From NCBI RefSeq assembly GCF_006345805.1, contig NW_021832852.1:30952-94951 (forward strand): a stretch of 64,000 nucleotides of DNA, written 5' to 3'. The position numbers were made by a program, and so were the translations under genes. Source of the DNA: Octopus sinensis (lineage: Eukaryota). This document shows, in pieces, positions 1 through 12,162 of the stretch; the first letter of the stretch is position 1; every line of letters begins with the position of its first letter. The notes below the pieces were generated by a model. The model ran no database searches. It saw only the letters and a list, made by a program, of their open reading frames with translations, and was not told the origin of the DNA.

Positions 1-501
1 CACAGTCTCAAAAATACCAATTTATAGTACAGAATCGAGAAAGTCCTAATAACTGTAACTCGTTAAAAAATAAGCCAATCAAGGATGGACTACTCTGAAT
101 AACGCGCTTAAGAACAAACCGAAAATACTGATAAAATCTAATTCCGTTAATAACTACCGACTTGTGTATCTTGTTTTTAATATTACTTAACCAATTTGAT
201 AATCAAAAGTCATTCGAAAACACTTAGTATAATTTTAATCATTACGAAGTTTTAAAATTCGGGTACATTTTCATCCAGACACGAGTTCACTCAAAACAAC
301 AAAAATCTTAAAAATAAATAAAATCGACTAGAAGCAATATGACATTAAAACTGTGAAAGTTTCTTTTTTAAGCCCGGGTTTTTATTTATGAGAACTATCA
401 GGTCAAAAACCACAGAAAAGCAATTTTTACTTCATGGACCAACAGAGTAGGCAATCTTGGAGACTCTTGAAATAATTCAGCTTAGTGTTTGACTAATGAA
501 A

Positions 502-1970
502 TTATTATTATTATTAGCACTGTCATAGGAACATAATGTAATTTAAACTAATTAAGTTCCCACATGTGCCACATATGAGACTATCTTTTCGGTCATAATT
601 TTCCATGATGTGCGGTTGTATGCTATACTCCTGAGAGTATCTAGGTCGTCTCCATTTTTCAGTTGTCTTTTAACGCGTTGTAGTTCTTTTGAGATTACAA
701 TAGGTAATGTATTTCGTGGGCGTCCTCGGGACGCAGATCTTTCGTCCTTTGCGTAATATGATTCCATTGCCCAGTTAGCATAAACATCCTGGTCGAGTCT
801 TAGAATGTGGCCCAATAGGCGCCAACGTGCTTCGGTAATGTCCACACTGACGGGTCTGCTGTTGCAGATATTGTATAGGGTGGAGTTCTTGATTTTCTTT
901 GGCCAGTTGATGCCAATAAGAATTCTTAACTGTCTTCTATGGAATGCATCAAGAGATTTTGATTCAGACTCAGATATTCCCCATGTTCCTCCGTTGTACA
1001 AAAGTATGGGTTTAATAAAAGCATTGTATAATTTGGCACGTAAGGCCGTTCCAACCTCGCGGTTTCGTAGCCAAGTGGTCCGCAGTTTGTTAAGTGCAAC
1101 AGTCGATAGCATCTTTCTCCTCATAATGTCTTCACTATCTCCTAAAAGAGTTCCAACTTTTTTCGAGTTTCGCCATTTTTCGTCTGTTCTATTTGCCTCC
1201 CGGTTGATTGTTACATATTCGGTTTTTTCTATGTTCACTTTTAAGAACCATTTTTCCAGTGCCTGGGGAGCAATGTTCAGCAGTTCTTCGAGTGTCGACT
1301 TATCATGAGACAAAAAGTCTACATCGTCGGCATATATCACTTCAGTTATTGAAGTAGTCTTCACTAGTTTTCTCAGATCTCTTAGTGCCGCTTCAAGATA
1401 GACAATGAATAGTACAGGTGATATTGAATCACCTTGGGGCGTTCCAATGCTTGTTTTGAAAGATCTTGATTGTACGGGTCCGATCTTCACCGTTAACTCG
1501 GTGTCTATAAGTAGTGCTCGAACCATTCTGATCGAGTCATTGTCAAGAATAGTTTTGAGGATCTCCATTAGCTTGTCTCTGCGGATTGTATCAAATGCCC
1601 TGCTCATATCAATGCCCATATTGTGGTCGCCATTTTAAATTTCTGAGATATGGCACAGATCCATCTATGTCCCCATACTACATCTGCAGTTGATCGCCCA
1701 GGCCTGAATCCACTTTGGCTAGCCGACAGATATTCATTAACAGGGTCCTTAATACGTTCCAGTGTTACGAGCGAGAAGATTTTCCTTATTGTGTTCAAGA
1801 GTATGATTGGGCGAATGTTGTTAAGAGGACCTTGCGGCTTGTTGGGTTTTTGGAGAGGAATTAGCGTTCCTTTCCCAATAGGCGGTATGGTATTTCCATG
1901 GAACATCTCGTTCAGGAGATTTGTGATTATAGTTGAGATCTCCATTGGGGAGTACTTTATCAATTCACCG
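502..1970 (-). mobile_element. 5'-truncated RTE-like non-LTR retrotransposon (RT plus C-terminal region), one frameshift near 1610
   Basis: RT motifs IRPIILLN, QSGFRPGRST, DMSRAFD, GTPQGDSISP, YADD and the C-terminal RWRLLGHILR..RGRP. (TAA)n tail at 501-515. 13-bp TSD TTGACTAATGAAA at 489-501 and 1971-1983. Confidence 0.9.
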
Positions 1971-2096
1971 TTGACTAATGAAAGAAGAGATAAAAACAAT
2001 TTTTTTTCTTTTTCAAAGCAAATAACTAAAATTAAATTTTTGTGAATATTTTTTAATCAAATATTTAAAATAAAATTCCCTTATTCTTGTTGTGGT

Positions 2097-3125
2097 ATGG
2101 AAAATTCAACAGAAGATTGTCTAAACAATTGTTTGGAGTCTGACCAGTCAAACAAAACCTCAGACAGCCAGACTAACCTCAAAATCACATCATTCAACTA
2201 CAAATCACCCCTCAGTCGGGAAGATAGGCAATTAATAATATCACATTTTAGTACTCGACATATTCTTGTAGACACACAAAACGACGGTTTATTTAATAAG
2301 ATAATCTTTTAGACACAAACCTGATCCAAGTATGAGGGCATTAAGCATTTCTGTAGTCCCCAAAGCCCCTCTCCAGCTCAATATTCCGGGATTTTGACCC
2401 TCTCCACATTCCTACTCCAGAAAATGGCGATCCTTTTATAGCTTCCAGCACAAACCTCAATTCGATAGAATTTCCCGCCATTTCTGACTTCCCGGAGCAG
2501 TCTCCTGAGGTGAATGTCCCTAAAAGGACTCTGGCAGACCAGCTTTTAGCACTGTATAAATCAACGACCCTTGAAATTATGGGTTTGGAGTTTTTTTGCC
2601 AAAAAATAGACAAATATGAGTCGGAGGTTGCGAAATGGCGAGAATCTGAGCTCAATTTGAAGAAAAACGTGGAATGTATGAAGAATGACTACACGGCACT
2701 GGAAGCCTCATTTCATAACCTCCACGACCGATTTGAGAAGGCTCGTGGTCTCCTGGTAGAGTCTGAGCAAGTTTGGGAGAGGGGTCTATTCGATAGGCTC
2801 GGTCAGAACTGGAGTCGACGAATGGCTTGTTGAACAAAGAAGTAGAAAAACTGACAGAAAAATATAATTTGTTGTTGGAGAAGGCGCAGAATAAGCTTGA
2901 GGAGTTAGGATGGGTGTATTATGGTTGTAGGGCTAATTCGGCTATTTGTGAAATGGGCAATCAACATAGCACTGATGTGGCTGCTGTCGAGGAAAATTAT
3001 CGCAAGATTGAGATGAAGAATGCCTATTTGGTGAGTTGTCTCAATGCCAAGGTTTTCTGATTTTCAAATCTCAGGAAGCCGAGTTGGCCCAAATAAAGAC
3101 AATTTTTAACCAATATATGACCTAA
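2097..3125 (+). CDS. TACC-domain coiled-coil protein, spliced with 21-27 nt introns
   Basis: The spliced C-terminus LEASFHNLHDRFEKARGLL...KAQNKLEEANSAI...RKIEMKNAYLVSCLNAKEAELAQIKTIFNQYMT* resembles the TACC domain. GT-AG introns restore the frame, e.g. 2904-2930. Confidence 0.65.
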
Positions 3126-3489
3126 GTTCATTCTGTTTTAAATGCTTTTCTATAATTCGTTCATGTATCTTTAATGGAGAGTGGATAGCTTTTAAATACC
3201 CAAAGATTTAGTAAAGAGTCGCGGATTTGATAATGAAATTACACAAAGAACAAAAAACTATATCAGAAGAGGGTTAGAACAAGTTTAATATTAGTAAAAT
3301 TAAAAAATGTAATTATTCGGTGTCGATCATGAATTTATCATTAATGTTAATTAATTATCATATTTAACGGCTGTTTAAAATGATTGAATATCTGAAATAA
3401 ATTTTTCATTATGAATGATAAAAAGAGAATAATTATTAATCTAACTAATTTTTTTGATTTTTGCTTTGATAAAATAGTTTGACTTGAAT

Positions 3490-4080
3490 AAGACACAATT
3501 TCAATGGATAACTCTCAAATGCGTATTTAGTTGACTAAAAACACAATTTCATTTCAGTATCTTGCTACTAATGGGAGAGTGGATAGTTTTTAAATGCCCA
3601 TTCAGTTCACTTGAATGAGACAAAATTTGTCTATTTTGTTGACCAAAATGATACACAATTTCATTCAACTATCTTACTACTAATGGAAGAGGATAGCTCT
3701 CAATAAATGCCCATTTAGTTGACTAGAATAGCACACAAGTTGCCTATTTAGTTGACTTGAATGAGACACGATTTCATTTAAGTATTTTACTACTAATGGG
3801 AGAGGAGAGCTCTCAATAAATGCTTATATAGCTGACTTGATTGAGACACAATTTTATTCAACTATCTTGCTTTTCTATAATTCGTTATTCGTTCATGTAT
3901 CTTTAATGGAGAGTGGATAGCTCTCAATAAATGCCTATTCAGTTCACGTGAATGAGACAAAATTTTGTCTATTCAGTTCACTTCGGACTCTCCTTCCTAC
4001 TCTCGATTAGTCACAACTAATGGGAGAGGATATCTCTTATGCCTATTTAATTGACTAGAATGAGACACAATTTGTTTATT
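3490..4080. repeat. Diverged tandem repeat, period about 113 bp, about 5 copies, with internal subrepeats
   Basis: TAATGG(G)AGA..GGATAG recurs near 3568, 3681, 3795, 3905 and 4018. The subrepeat AGTTGACT(T/A)GAATGAGACACAATT also recurs. The block at about 3147-3190 is repeated at about 3871-3920. Confidence 0.75.
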
Positions 4081-4159
4081 TTGTTACCGAATATACAAAA
4101 ACTAATAAGGACGGTCATTGAACTCTCCCAGGTTGCTTTGATGACTGTCATCTACAACA

Positions 4160-5742
4160 TTATAAACAATCCAAACAATAATCCCCACGAAACTGGCCAT
4201 AGTTCATTCCATCTATCATATAAACACAAATAAATACACGAAGGACCAGAAAAGCGAGAACCAGATGGCCGACTGTAAACAGGAACCGGCCTCCGAGGAA
4301 CCTCGAGTGGCTCAGTCCCCTCCAAACCAGGTATTTTCCCCACATATTTACAATTTTGCATATCACTGAGAATAGTCAGCACATCTGACTCTCCTTCCTC
4401 CTCTCGATTAGTCCCTCCATTGGCCACAAACTCAAGCTGAGATTGATCCCCAGGCTGATAACGCGTCCAGAACTTAATAGAATGGTCATTCGACCCAGAA
4501 ACAAGCAAATGGCCAAGAGGATGCCACGACAGTGACCACACAGTACTGTCATGGGCGTCCTGCACCACCCCAATCTCCTTCTCAGTCCCCACCGACCAGT
4601 AGAAAATAGACCCATCATTCCCCCCACTCGCAAATACATCCCCATAAAGCGGATGCCACTCCAATACTACAACTCCCCCAATAAGGGTACCACTCACTTC
4701 CTTCTTGTGCCCCACAAATGACTGAATTGGCACACTCAGCTTCCTCGTATCAAATAATTTGATCGTCCTGTCCTCCGATCCCGACAGTAGTCGATTCCCG
4801 TCCACACTCCACCGGACATGAGTCACCCCTGCCTTATGCACGTGACTAAACCCTCCTATATATATTTCTACAGTGTCCTCAGACTAGTCTCAGTCCGGGG
4901 GTCCCAAAACTTGATTGGACGTTGGGAATCCCTACTTCCGGAGACGAGGAGCCCCATTTGAGGGTGCCAATCCACGGAGGACACATCCGCTCCGTGTTCT
5001 ACACTCCCCATACCACGGAATACCACGGAATATCCTCTCTTCTCGACAGGATATGAAATCCCAGACCCTCACTGTCCCATCGTTGGAGGAGGAGGCGAAT
5101 TTGACGTCGTTGGGGGAGAAGGACAGTGATCTGACTGACTCCTTGTGGGCCTGGAACATTTTTACGTTGTTCATGTTGGGCTGCCAGTATTTAAGGAAGC
5201 CCAGACTGTCCCCCGAGACCAGCCAGTTGTCGTTGTGACTCCACGCCATTGCCTGAATTGCCTCATCGTGGGCCTACTGCTTTAAAATATCACCAACTTG
5301 CAAAATTGTCTCGAAATTGAAAACCAGGCCATTCCAGAGGGTGAATTCTCCACTGGCCGAGCCTGTGGTCAATCTCCGGCCATCGGGAGTCCACTAGTCA
5401 TATTTAGCCCACTGACCATGACAGTGTAGATTGGACACCTCTTCTTGTTGGTGGCTTGTTTGACAAATCGAGTGCACGTGACTGAGACTGCACTGGATAG
5501 AGAAGGGCAGGGCTTTCTTGTCTGGTTGTTTTATTTGTTTTTATTACTTGGAAGGCGTATAATTCGTTTGGTTGAATGCACTGCTTTCTTCGGCCTGGGA
5601 ATTTTGAGATGTGTCTGTTTTGTACATAGTAGAGGGCAGAGGAGTTATAGTCGATTGTTTTACGGTATAATGACTTTCTTAAACGTTTTCCGTCGAAGGT
5701 CAGTTTTACGTTTGGCCGGGAAATGGAATCTTCTGTTATCAT
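4160..5742 (-). CDS. WDR33: pre-mRNA 3'-end processing WD40 protein WDR33/Pfs2
   Basis: [59 protein letters not shown] and [13 protein letters not shown]. Several 23-26 nt introns. Confidence 0.95.
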
Positions 5743-5958
5743 TTTTTTGTTGTACCACTACGATTAATAAAATTGTTTTATTTATTTTTAATATATTTTA
5801 TTATTTGTTGTAATATAATATTTACTTTTTACTAATACTTATAAAATTAAATTAACACTTTATTAAAATTTAAAATAAACAATTTTTCTTTATTTTAATG
5901 TAGTTATTTTTTACAATAAATAATATAAAGTTAAAAAATTTATATAAAAATTAAACAA

Positions 5959-7329
5959 CTAAAATAAAATAAATATATCAATATTCATCAGATGATTCTT
6001 GTGGTGCCATCTATTATAGTCACAAAACAAGCTCACTCGAATACTACTGGGACGAGCCTGAGACCTGATATACAAACTATCAACATGTGATGACTGTCCC
6101 CACCCAGTCCCATCAATATCTCTGTGTCCTGCATGATACACAGTCCCCGGAACAATCCTCCCAACTTCAACAAAGTCAACAGACTTGACTGACTTAACCA
6201 TTCTCACAAGCTTGGAGGGAAAATTCCCGACTTGCAAAGTTCTGAGATTCTGCCCCCTCCACTCATAGTCATCCCTCCAATCAATCACAGCAATACAGTC
6301 ACGTGCTGTCACCTTCAGCCCCCTCTCCCACCTGTCCTTTGCCTCAACCACTGGAATACACATCTACACTCAATATACCACTCATTACATCATTTAGTTG
6401 TAGAATTAATGATATAAATGAAGGTCTCTTCCTTGAGACCCAAATCCGCTTAAGGATGCCTTCTAAGGGGAAAGGACAGGTGTCGTTCTTAGGGAGTGTC
6501 TTCTCTTTGTGTGCCACCAACAATTCTTGGGGACTGAAGCCTTCCCAGGGGGGTGTTTTATGTGCAAATATTTCCCAAACAGTCACTCCAAATGACCACA
6601 CGTCACCATCTTTGGTTATTCTAGAACATTCTAGAAGTTCTGGGGCTCGCCAGGCTGGGTTGTTGAGAGAGAAGTCACATGGGAGGTAATAATCGGTTAT
6701 TTTGACCACATTTACTGGAGAAAGAAGGACTTGGCTGGCAGAGAGAGAGCCATGGATAATATTATTGATATGTAGAAAGGCCATTCCACTGGCTATTTGT
6801 CTTGAAAAGTGTAGGAGTCTGTTTATTGGGGGGAGAATAGGCTGATCATTCAGAAATTCTCTAAGGGTCCCCCCTTGGATAAATGTGGTGATTATGAGGA
6901 GTGGGGATTCGACTGTTAGGCCTATTAACTGGACTAAATTGGCATGTTCCAGACTAATGAACATATTTCTGTCCAGTTTTGAGGGTTTTGTGTCAATAGA
7001 TTTGACTGCCACTCTCATTCCGGCCATAAATCCTTCATGGACAGTCGTGCTCTGTCCACTGCCGATGAGGCGTGTGTATGTTATGTCCTCATGTGGCACA
7101 CAAATGACGGAATCAGCAGATGTGGATTGGTTTATTGCTTTTATTAATATTCGTGCAGAATTCTTGTTTATTCCCACTGATTTGATGAGTTTAATACTCA
7201 GTTGAGAATGTCTATTGGTATAAGAGGGTGGGTGTACTCGGAGATTTTACTTTTGAGAGGATAGTAGTGGTGGAGGAGGCCTAATTTGGCCATTGTGTAT
7301 TTTAGAGTAGATTTGTCAACTGATGACAT
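5959..7329 (-). CDS. TNK2: ACK/TNK2-family protein (SAM-like, kinase, SH3, CRIB) with a degenerate catalytic loop (probable pseudokinase)
   Basis: The kinase fold is followed, after a 25-nt intron, by an SH3 domain (WRGQNLRTLQVGNFP) and a CRIB-like HAGHRDIDGTGWG..DSLY, both characteristic of ACK. HRD is replaced by HGS and DFG by DYY. Confidence 0.85.
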
Positions 7330-7641
7330 CAAGGCACTGATTAGATACCACAAAATAGTGTATTTTTTTCGGATTAAGTTTTATTTTATTCTAAATATTG
7401 AACAATTTTTTAATTTATTTTTATTTTTAAATAATTTGTTTTTTTGTGATTACACTTTGTAAATAAATTATAATTTATAACTCACGTGCTGGCTATTTTC
7501 ATTAAGTCACAGGAAAAACCATTTTTTAATCTACAGTTGAAACTTTCTTAATTTTATTCTGAGAATATTTTTTAGTTTATAAAAAAAATATTTATGATGT
7601 TTATGAAAACCCAGAAAATTGATATTAGTATATTTTAATGG

Positions 7642-8141
7642 TTAATAGGGTGTTCTGTTATTATAGTTGTCGGGAATGGAAAAGTGACAAAGTCCTGGTC
7701 CTCTGCGGCATTTGTCCTTGTATGACATTCTGTGTTGTTGTACTTTCTATTTAAATTCAAAAAATAGCAAAACCTCATAAAATTCGTTCATTTCGGCCAT
7801 TTTTTTGGGGGACGAATTTAAAAAGTCGAAATAATTTTTAGGGAAATTAGCTTTTCGAGTGTTTTGTCGTGCTTCCCAAACAAGGTTGGGTCTGTTTGTG
7901 AAATACGTGGGAATCGACCCTCCTTTAATACTCCCAGACTCCTCCACGCATTTGAGACGATTATAAATAAAATAATCCGCACTTATATTCCCAAATGTAT
8001 CCCCAAAACGATACTTTGTTGTCGGCACGTGTCCTAGGTAGCTGCCATGGCTTAGTTAGTTCACATTTACCCCGGCATTTGACTTGGAATGCAGTAAGTG
8101 GATTTATAAGTCGTTTCAGCGTTCTTCTTTGCCTCGCACAT
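7642..8141 (-). CDS. CIMIP2C: Ciliary microtubule inner protein 2C (FAM166C/C2orf70-like)
   Basis: MPG|YLGHVPTTKYRFGDTFG, GGSIPTYFTNRPNL and MNEFYE..QQHRMSYKDK match recalled FAM166C motifs. The model needs one extra G at the 8070-8072 splice donor. Confidence 0.75.
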
Positions 8142-8329
8142 TATTTACTTATGTTTCCATGGGTATTCCGATTTATGAAAATAGTCCATTTTTATTAATT
8201 TGATAAAAATAAGCTTTTTTATTAAACAGGTTTGGAAAAAATTGTGTGAAATATCACAAAACTGGAAAGCCTAAACTTTCAATATGGCCGGAATATTTTA
8301 ACTTCTTGTCTCAAGGAACTGGAAACCTT

Positions 8330-9560
8330 CAAAAATAATGCACGAATGTGTCTGGCTGTTTAGAGAAAGAAAAGAAGCTCCAAATTTCAGCTCTCAACCA
8401 ACAAAGGAACTGTAATATCGTACTCGGGGGAACAGGCGAAGCTTATAGCGGATTTATTTTAACAACACTGAGCCAATTTTGTTTTGCTCTGGCTCACTGC
8501 GATTCCTGAGGAATATAATCACTTGCCGGAGTTTACAAAGGCAGTTAGCAGGCTTAAAAACAATCGACGACATCAATGCGAAGCTTCTGAAATACGGACC
8601 ATTTTAGACCTAATTTCTATAAAATCTTATTCCTTGTCTAAATATAGAAATTTGGAACATTAAGAATATACTCAACGATATGTTTGTCACAAACGACTTA
8701 CTCCTGCTTGGCTCTGGGGTCCTAATTCCTATTTAAAAGTCGGACAAGTCCGTTGGCCCAGTAGAAAACCTCTGCCCAGTCATTCTGCTGAACTGCCTCA
8801 GGAAGATTCTCTCATTGATTGTGCTGGATTGAATCAAGGACAGATTTTTGTCTCCAAATCACAATGGTTTAAAGAAGGACGTTCAACTGCAGACGTCTGT
8901 GGAGTCACCGATGGCGGTTCACAACACACCAAAGATATAAAAAGGCATCAATATGTCAAAAGCGTTGACTCCATCCGTCGAGATTTACTCATGAAGAGTT
9001 TAAACGAAGATGACATCAAAATGATAAGAGTATTACTAACAAAGACGAAACTTGCTGTTCGTCTTGGAACAACATCGTCCAGACCTTTCCTGACAAATGT
9101 GGGAACCTCTCAAGGCGACTTTCTCTTGCCTCTGCTGTTTGTGATCTACTTCAAGGCTGCCTTGCGAGATTTGAGAAGTCTATATGGTGCAAATCACCAA
9201 ACTAATTTACGCTGATGACTTTGTGTCGACCGACTATTGGTGATTGCACCTGGAAAATGGTTTCTAATTATGAACAAAACCGATGTCACCTTCGAATAGC
9301 CAGCTTATGGAGACTGTCGAAAAAGCTTGGCTCACTGCTTGGAGACCGGGAGAACATAATGCGCAGAAGAACTCTGGACGCTGCTGGTATAAAAACCGTC
9401 ATAAAAAACTGGCTAAGAAATTGACCTCTCACTACGCTCAGAATCTACAATGCCTTTGTAAAACCCGTCTTAATGTATAATTCATCTACATGGGGCATTT
9501 CTGATACCGAACTAAGGAACAAACTGACGGCTGTTCTGCAACATGAAAAACCCTAAACAA
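8330..9560 (+). mobile_element. Decayed RTE-like retrotransposon (same family as 502-1970)
   Basis: GFKEGRSTAD, DSIRRD, VGTSQGD..PLLFVIYFKAALRDL, YADD-like and KLGSLLGD motifs, with many frameshifts. Confidence 0.8.
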
Positions 9561-9899
9561 TTGCGATGATCTGGACGAACTCTGCAGACAGGCCCAAATC
9601 CGCAGAAAGCGGAAAACGGTGGTTAAGCAGGTCGTATCATATGTGGCACGTGAATATGACTTATTCTGTTCTTGTTCCTATGGGAAGTGCTATAACAACA
9701 ATGGCACGTGCTAAAAATTCATATGTCAAAAATAAAAAAATTGTCCTAATTTGTTGGTATATGGTATACAATGATACAAAAAAAGAACAAAACACAAAAA
9801 TAAGATTCTATCTCTCCCCCTTATATCTCCTGTCCAAAAATCACCAAGTCCTCTCAAAAAATAAAAAACAAATAAGAGCATAATAATCAAACAAACAAA

Positions 9900-10534
9900 T
9901 TAGACATTTTTATCACGATTTGATTGCCAAATAAAGATCCTGCTCATATTGACTTCCAGAATAGTCTTCTGGTCCTGAATATAGTTGAGCCGCTCATCCA
10001 ACTTGGCAATCTGTCTGAGTGCTTCCTTATAGTTCTTGTCTAAAAATGCTTCTGCCTCATCCAACTCATATTCCATCATTATATTCGCCTGCATCCTTTA
10101 TAACACATTTATACTCCCAGCAGTAAATACACACTCGATACTGAGCTTATTCGAGCCTTCGAATAGACCTGACTACAAAGCAGATAACTGCACGTGAGAT
10201 CCTCGTCTCCACTCAGCGTCTTTAGGTGTCTTACTGAGTCCAAGGAAGCCGTAAAGTCGGGGATTTGTTTCAGGTAACTTGATATTGAGAATCAATGATT
10301 TAAACCGAGATTTGCTTAGAGAAAAGTTTGATTCGATGTATCTGAATTTCCTGTGTAGATCTTGGAATCGTTCGAGTGCTCCTTGTGCGTCCCCTTTATT
10401 GAGTTCCATGAAGGAATCTACGTCTTCCTGGAATAAATTTGGAAATTTATTTTTTATACCACAAATTCGGCTTTTATAAAATGATCAAAATTGTCTGGAT
10501 TTTTGCTGATAGTTCCATTACCGTTTTCTGACAT
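9900..10534 (-). CDS. VBP1: Prefoldin subunit 3
   Basis: AEFV|EDVDSFM and ANIMMEYELDEAEAFLDKN...EVNMSRIFIW match PFDN3. The first intron is 32 nt. Confidence 0.9.
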
Positions 10535-11232
10535 TATTTCGAACAACTACGCACAACAACTGAAACTCAGGTTTTTAATTATGTATTTAAAAATATTAAA
10601 GATAATAAAAAACTTCAAATATTAACCATAGAAAAAAAAATAGAAAAATTATTCTGATTCTTATTGTTTTTAATATCTACTTCACCCCCCACAGTAAGCC
10701 ATCACTACAAACTTGCTACAAAGCCTCTGGGAATCAGTTCTATTAGAATTTAGTATTAATCGGGCTCATAATGACAGAGTTGTTAACTTTTCTTATTAGC
10801 AGTGCTTACTGACTTTGTCCCAATATAATACTTGATATGTGGTTTAGAAATTTGATCAAATAATTTTTTGTGTCTTTTTGGAATATTTAAATGTTTCTTT
10901 TTTGGGTGAATTCGAGAATTTCCCTGAGAAATTTGTATTTTTATTTAAAAAATGGCGGATTCGAGAGAGTTTATTGCATTCAAATATTTCATTTTTTGTT
11001 TTAGTTAATAAAAAACGCCAAAGAATTATTTAACCCTCATAATTTCTATTTATGGACAATGAATAAGATTTTATGGAAATTTGGTCTAAAAATGAATTGT
11101 ACATAGAAAAATAAAACAAAATTGTAGTAAAACCGTTAGTAAAATCGTATAAAATAAAATAGTTTTGCTAAGCCTAGTATTGCATAGCACATTAGTGGTG
11201 AGTGTGATCCATTTGAAACTACAGAAATATTA

Positions 11233-12162
11233 TTAAAAAAAAACTTTTCCAGAGTTATGTCGACGTTGTGGGTCATATCTTGATTGGTAAATTGAATAAT
11301 CGGTTGTTTCTTGATTATTTTGTAAGGAATTTCGATAGTAGTCAAAACTGGATGCCAGCTGTATTCCGTTCTCAGGGTTGATTTGAGGAATAAAATTCGA
11401 CATTTGCTGATATTGGACAAACGCGTTTGGATTGTGAGGGAATTGTCCGTTTTGGAAACTAGTTCCAAAGTTGGAATATGCTTGATAGTTAAATGGATTT
11501 TGTTGAGAGTACAAATCAGTCAATGGGGGTCTCGTAAAGTTGCCATTTTCAGGGAAATAATTTTCACTGATATTCATGCTATGACTGGATATAGGATGTG
11601 ACACAACTTGATGTGTCATGTCCATAGGAATAAAATGATGGTCCTTTTTTGCCAGATTTTTGTTTTTTCTACGTGGTCTGTATTTATAGTCCGGGTAGTC
11701 TCGCATGTGGATAGTTCGAAGTCTTCTGGACTCTTCGACGAAAGGTTTTTTGTCTTCCTCGGATAACATCTTCCAATTATTTCCCAATCTTTTTGAAATT
11801 TCAGAATTATGCATTTTTGGATTTTCCGAAGACATTTTTTTACGTTGGACTCTCGACCAGACCATAAAAGAATTCATTGGTCTCTTGATTCTATTTTTTC
11901 CATTCGAAATTGGAGCACTTTCAACGTTCTGGTCTTGCTGGTAGTTAACAATCGAAGTTGATTGAGGATTGTTTTCAAATTTATCGGAGATTGAATTGTA
12001 TTCCATTTGTGGAGCGGAGTACACTTTTTCCAAGTTATTAGAAACATTGAATTTGTAATGAGAATTATAATTTTCGTGGTATTTCTTTGATAATAAATTA
12101 CCCGTTGAATCATTCTGATTGTATTCCAATTGTTGAATAGACATCAATTTATGCTGTTCCAT
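11233..12162 (-). CDS. SoxB: Intronless SoxB-group HMG-box transcription factor, 309 aa
   Basis: [37 protein letters not shown]...[11 protein letters not shown] is the SoxB HMG signature. Confidence 0.95.
   Translation of the reverse strand: MEQHKLMSIQQLEYNQNDSTGNLLSKKYHENYNSHYKFNVSNNLEKVYSAPQMEYNSISDKFENNPQSTSIVNYQQDQNVESAPISNGKNRIKRPMNSFMVWSRVQRKKMSSENPKMHNSEISKRLGNNWKMLSEEDKKPFVEESRRLRTIHMRDYPDYKYRPRRKNKNLAKKDHHFIPMDMTHQVVSHPISSHSMNISENYFPENGNFTRPPLTDLYSQQNPFNYQAYSNFGTSFQNGQFPHNPNAFVQYQQMSNFIPQINPENGIQLASSFDYYRNSLQNNQETTDYSIYQSRYDPQRRHNSGKVFF

Noticed and set aside
805-2045. Antisense ORFs over retroelements and genes (also 50220-50620, 55285-56445, 56875-57568)
   Set aside because: These are shadow frames of real coding sequence with no recognisable motifs.
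6615-6640. Four-pentamer heat-shock element
   Set aside because: It lies within the ACK coding sequence (LLECSRI), and it shows that such motifs arise by chance here.
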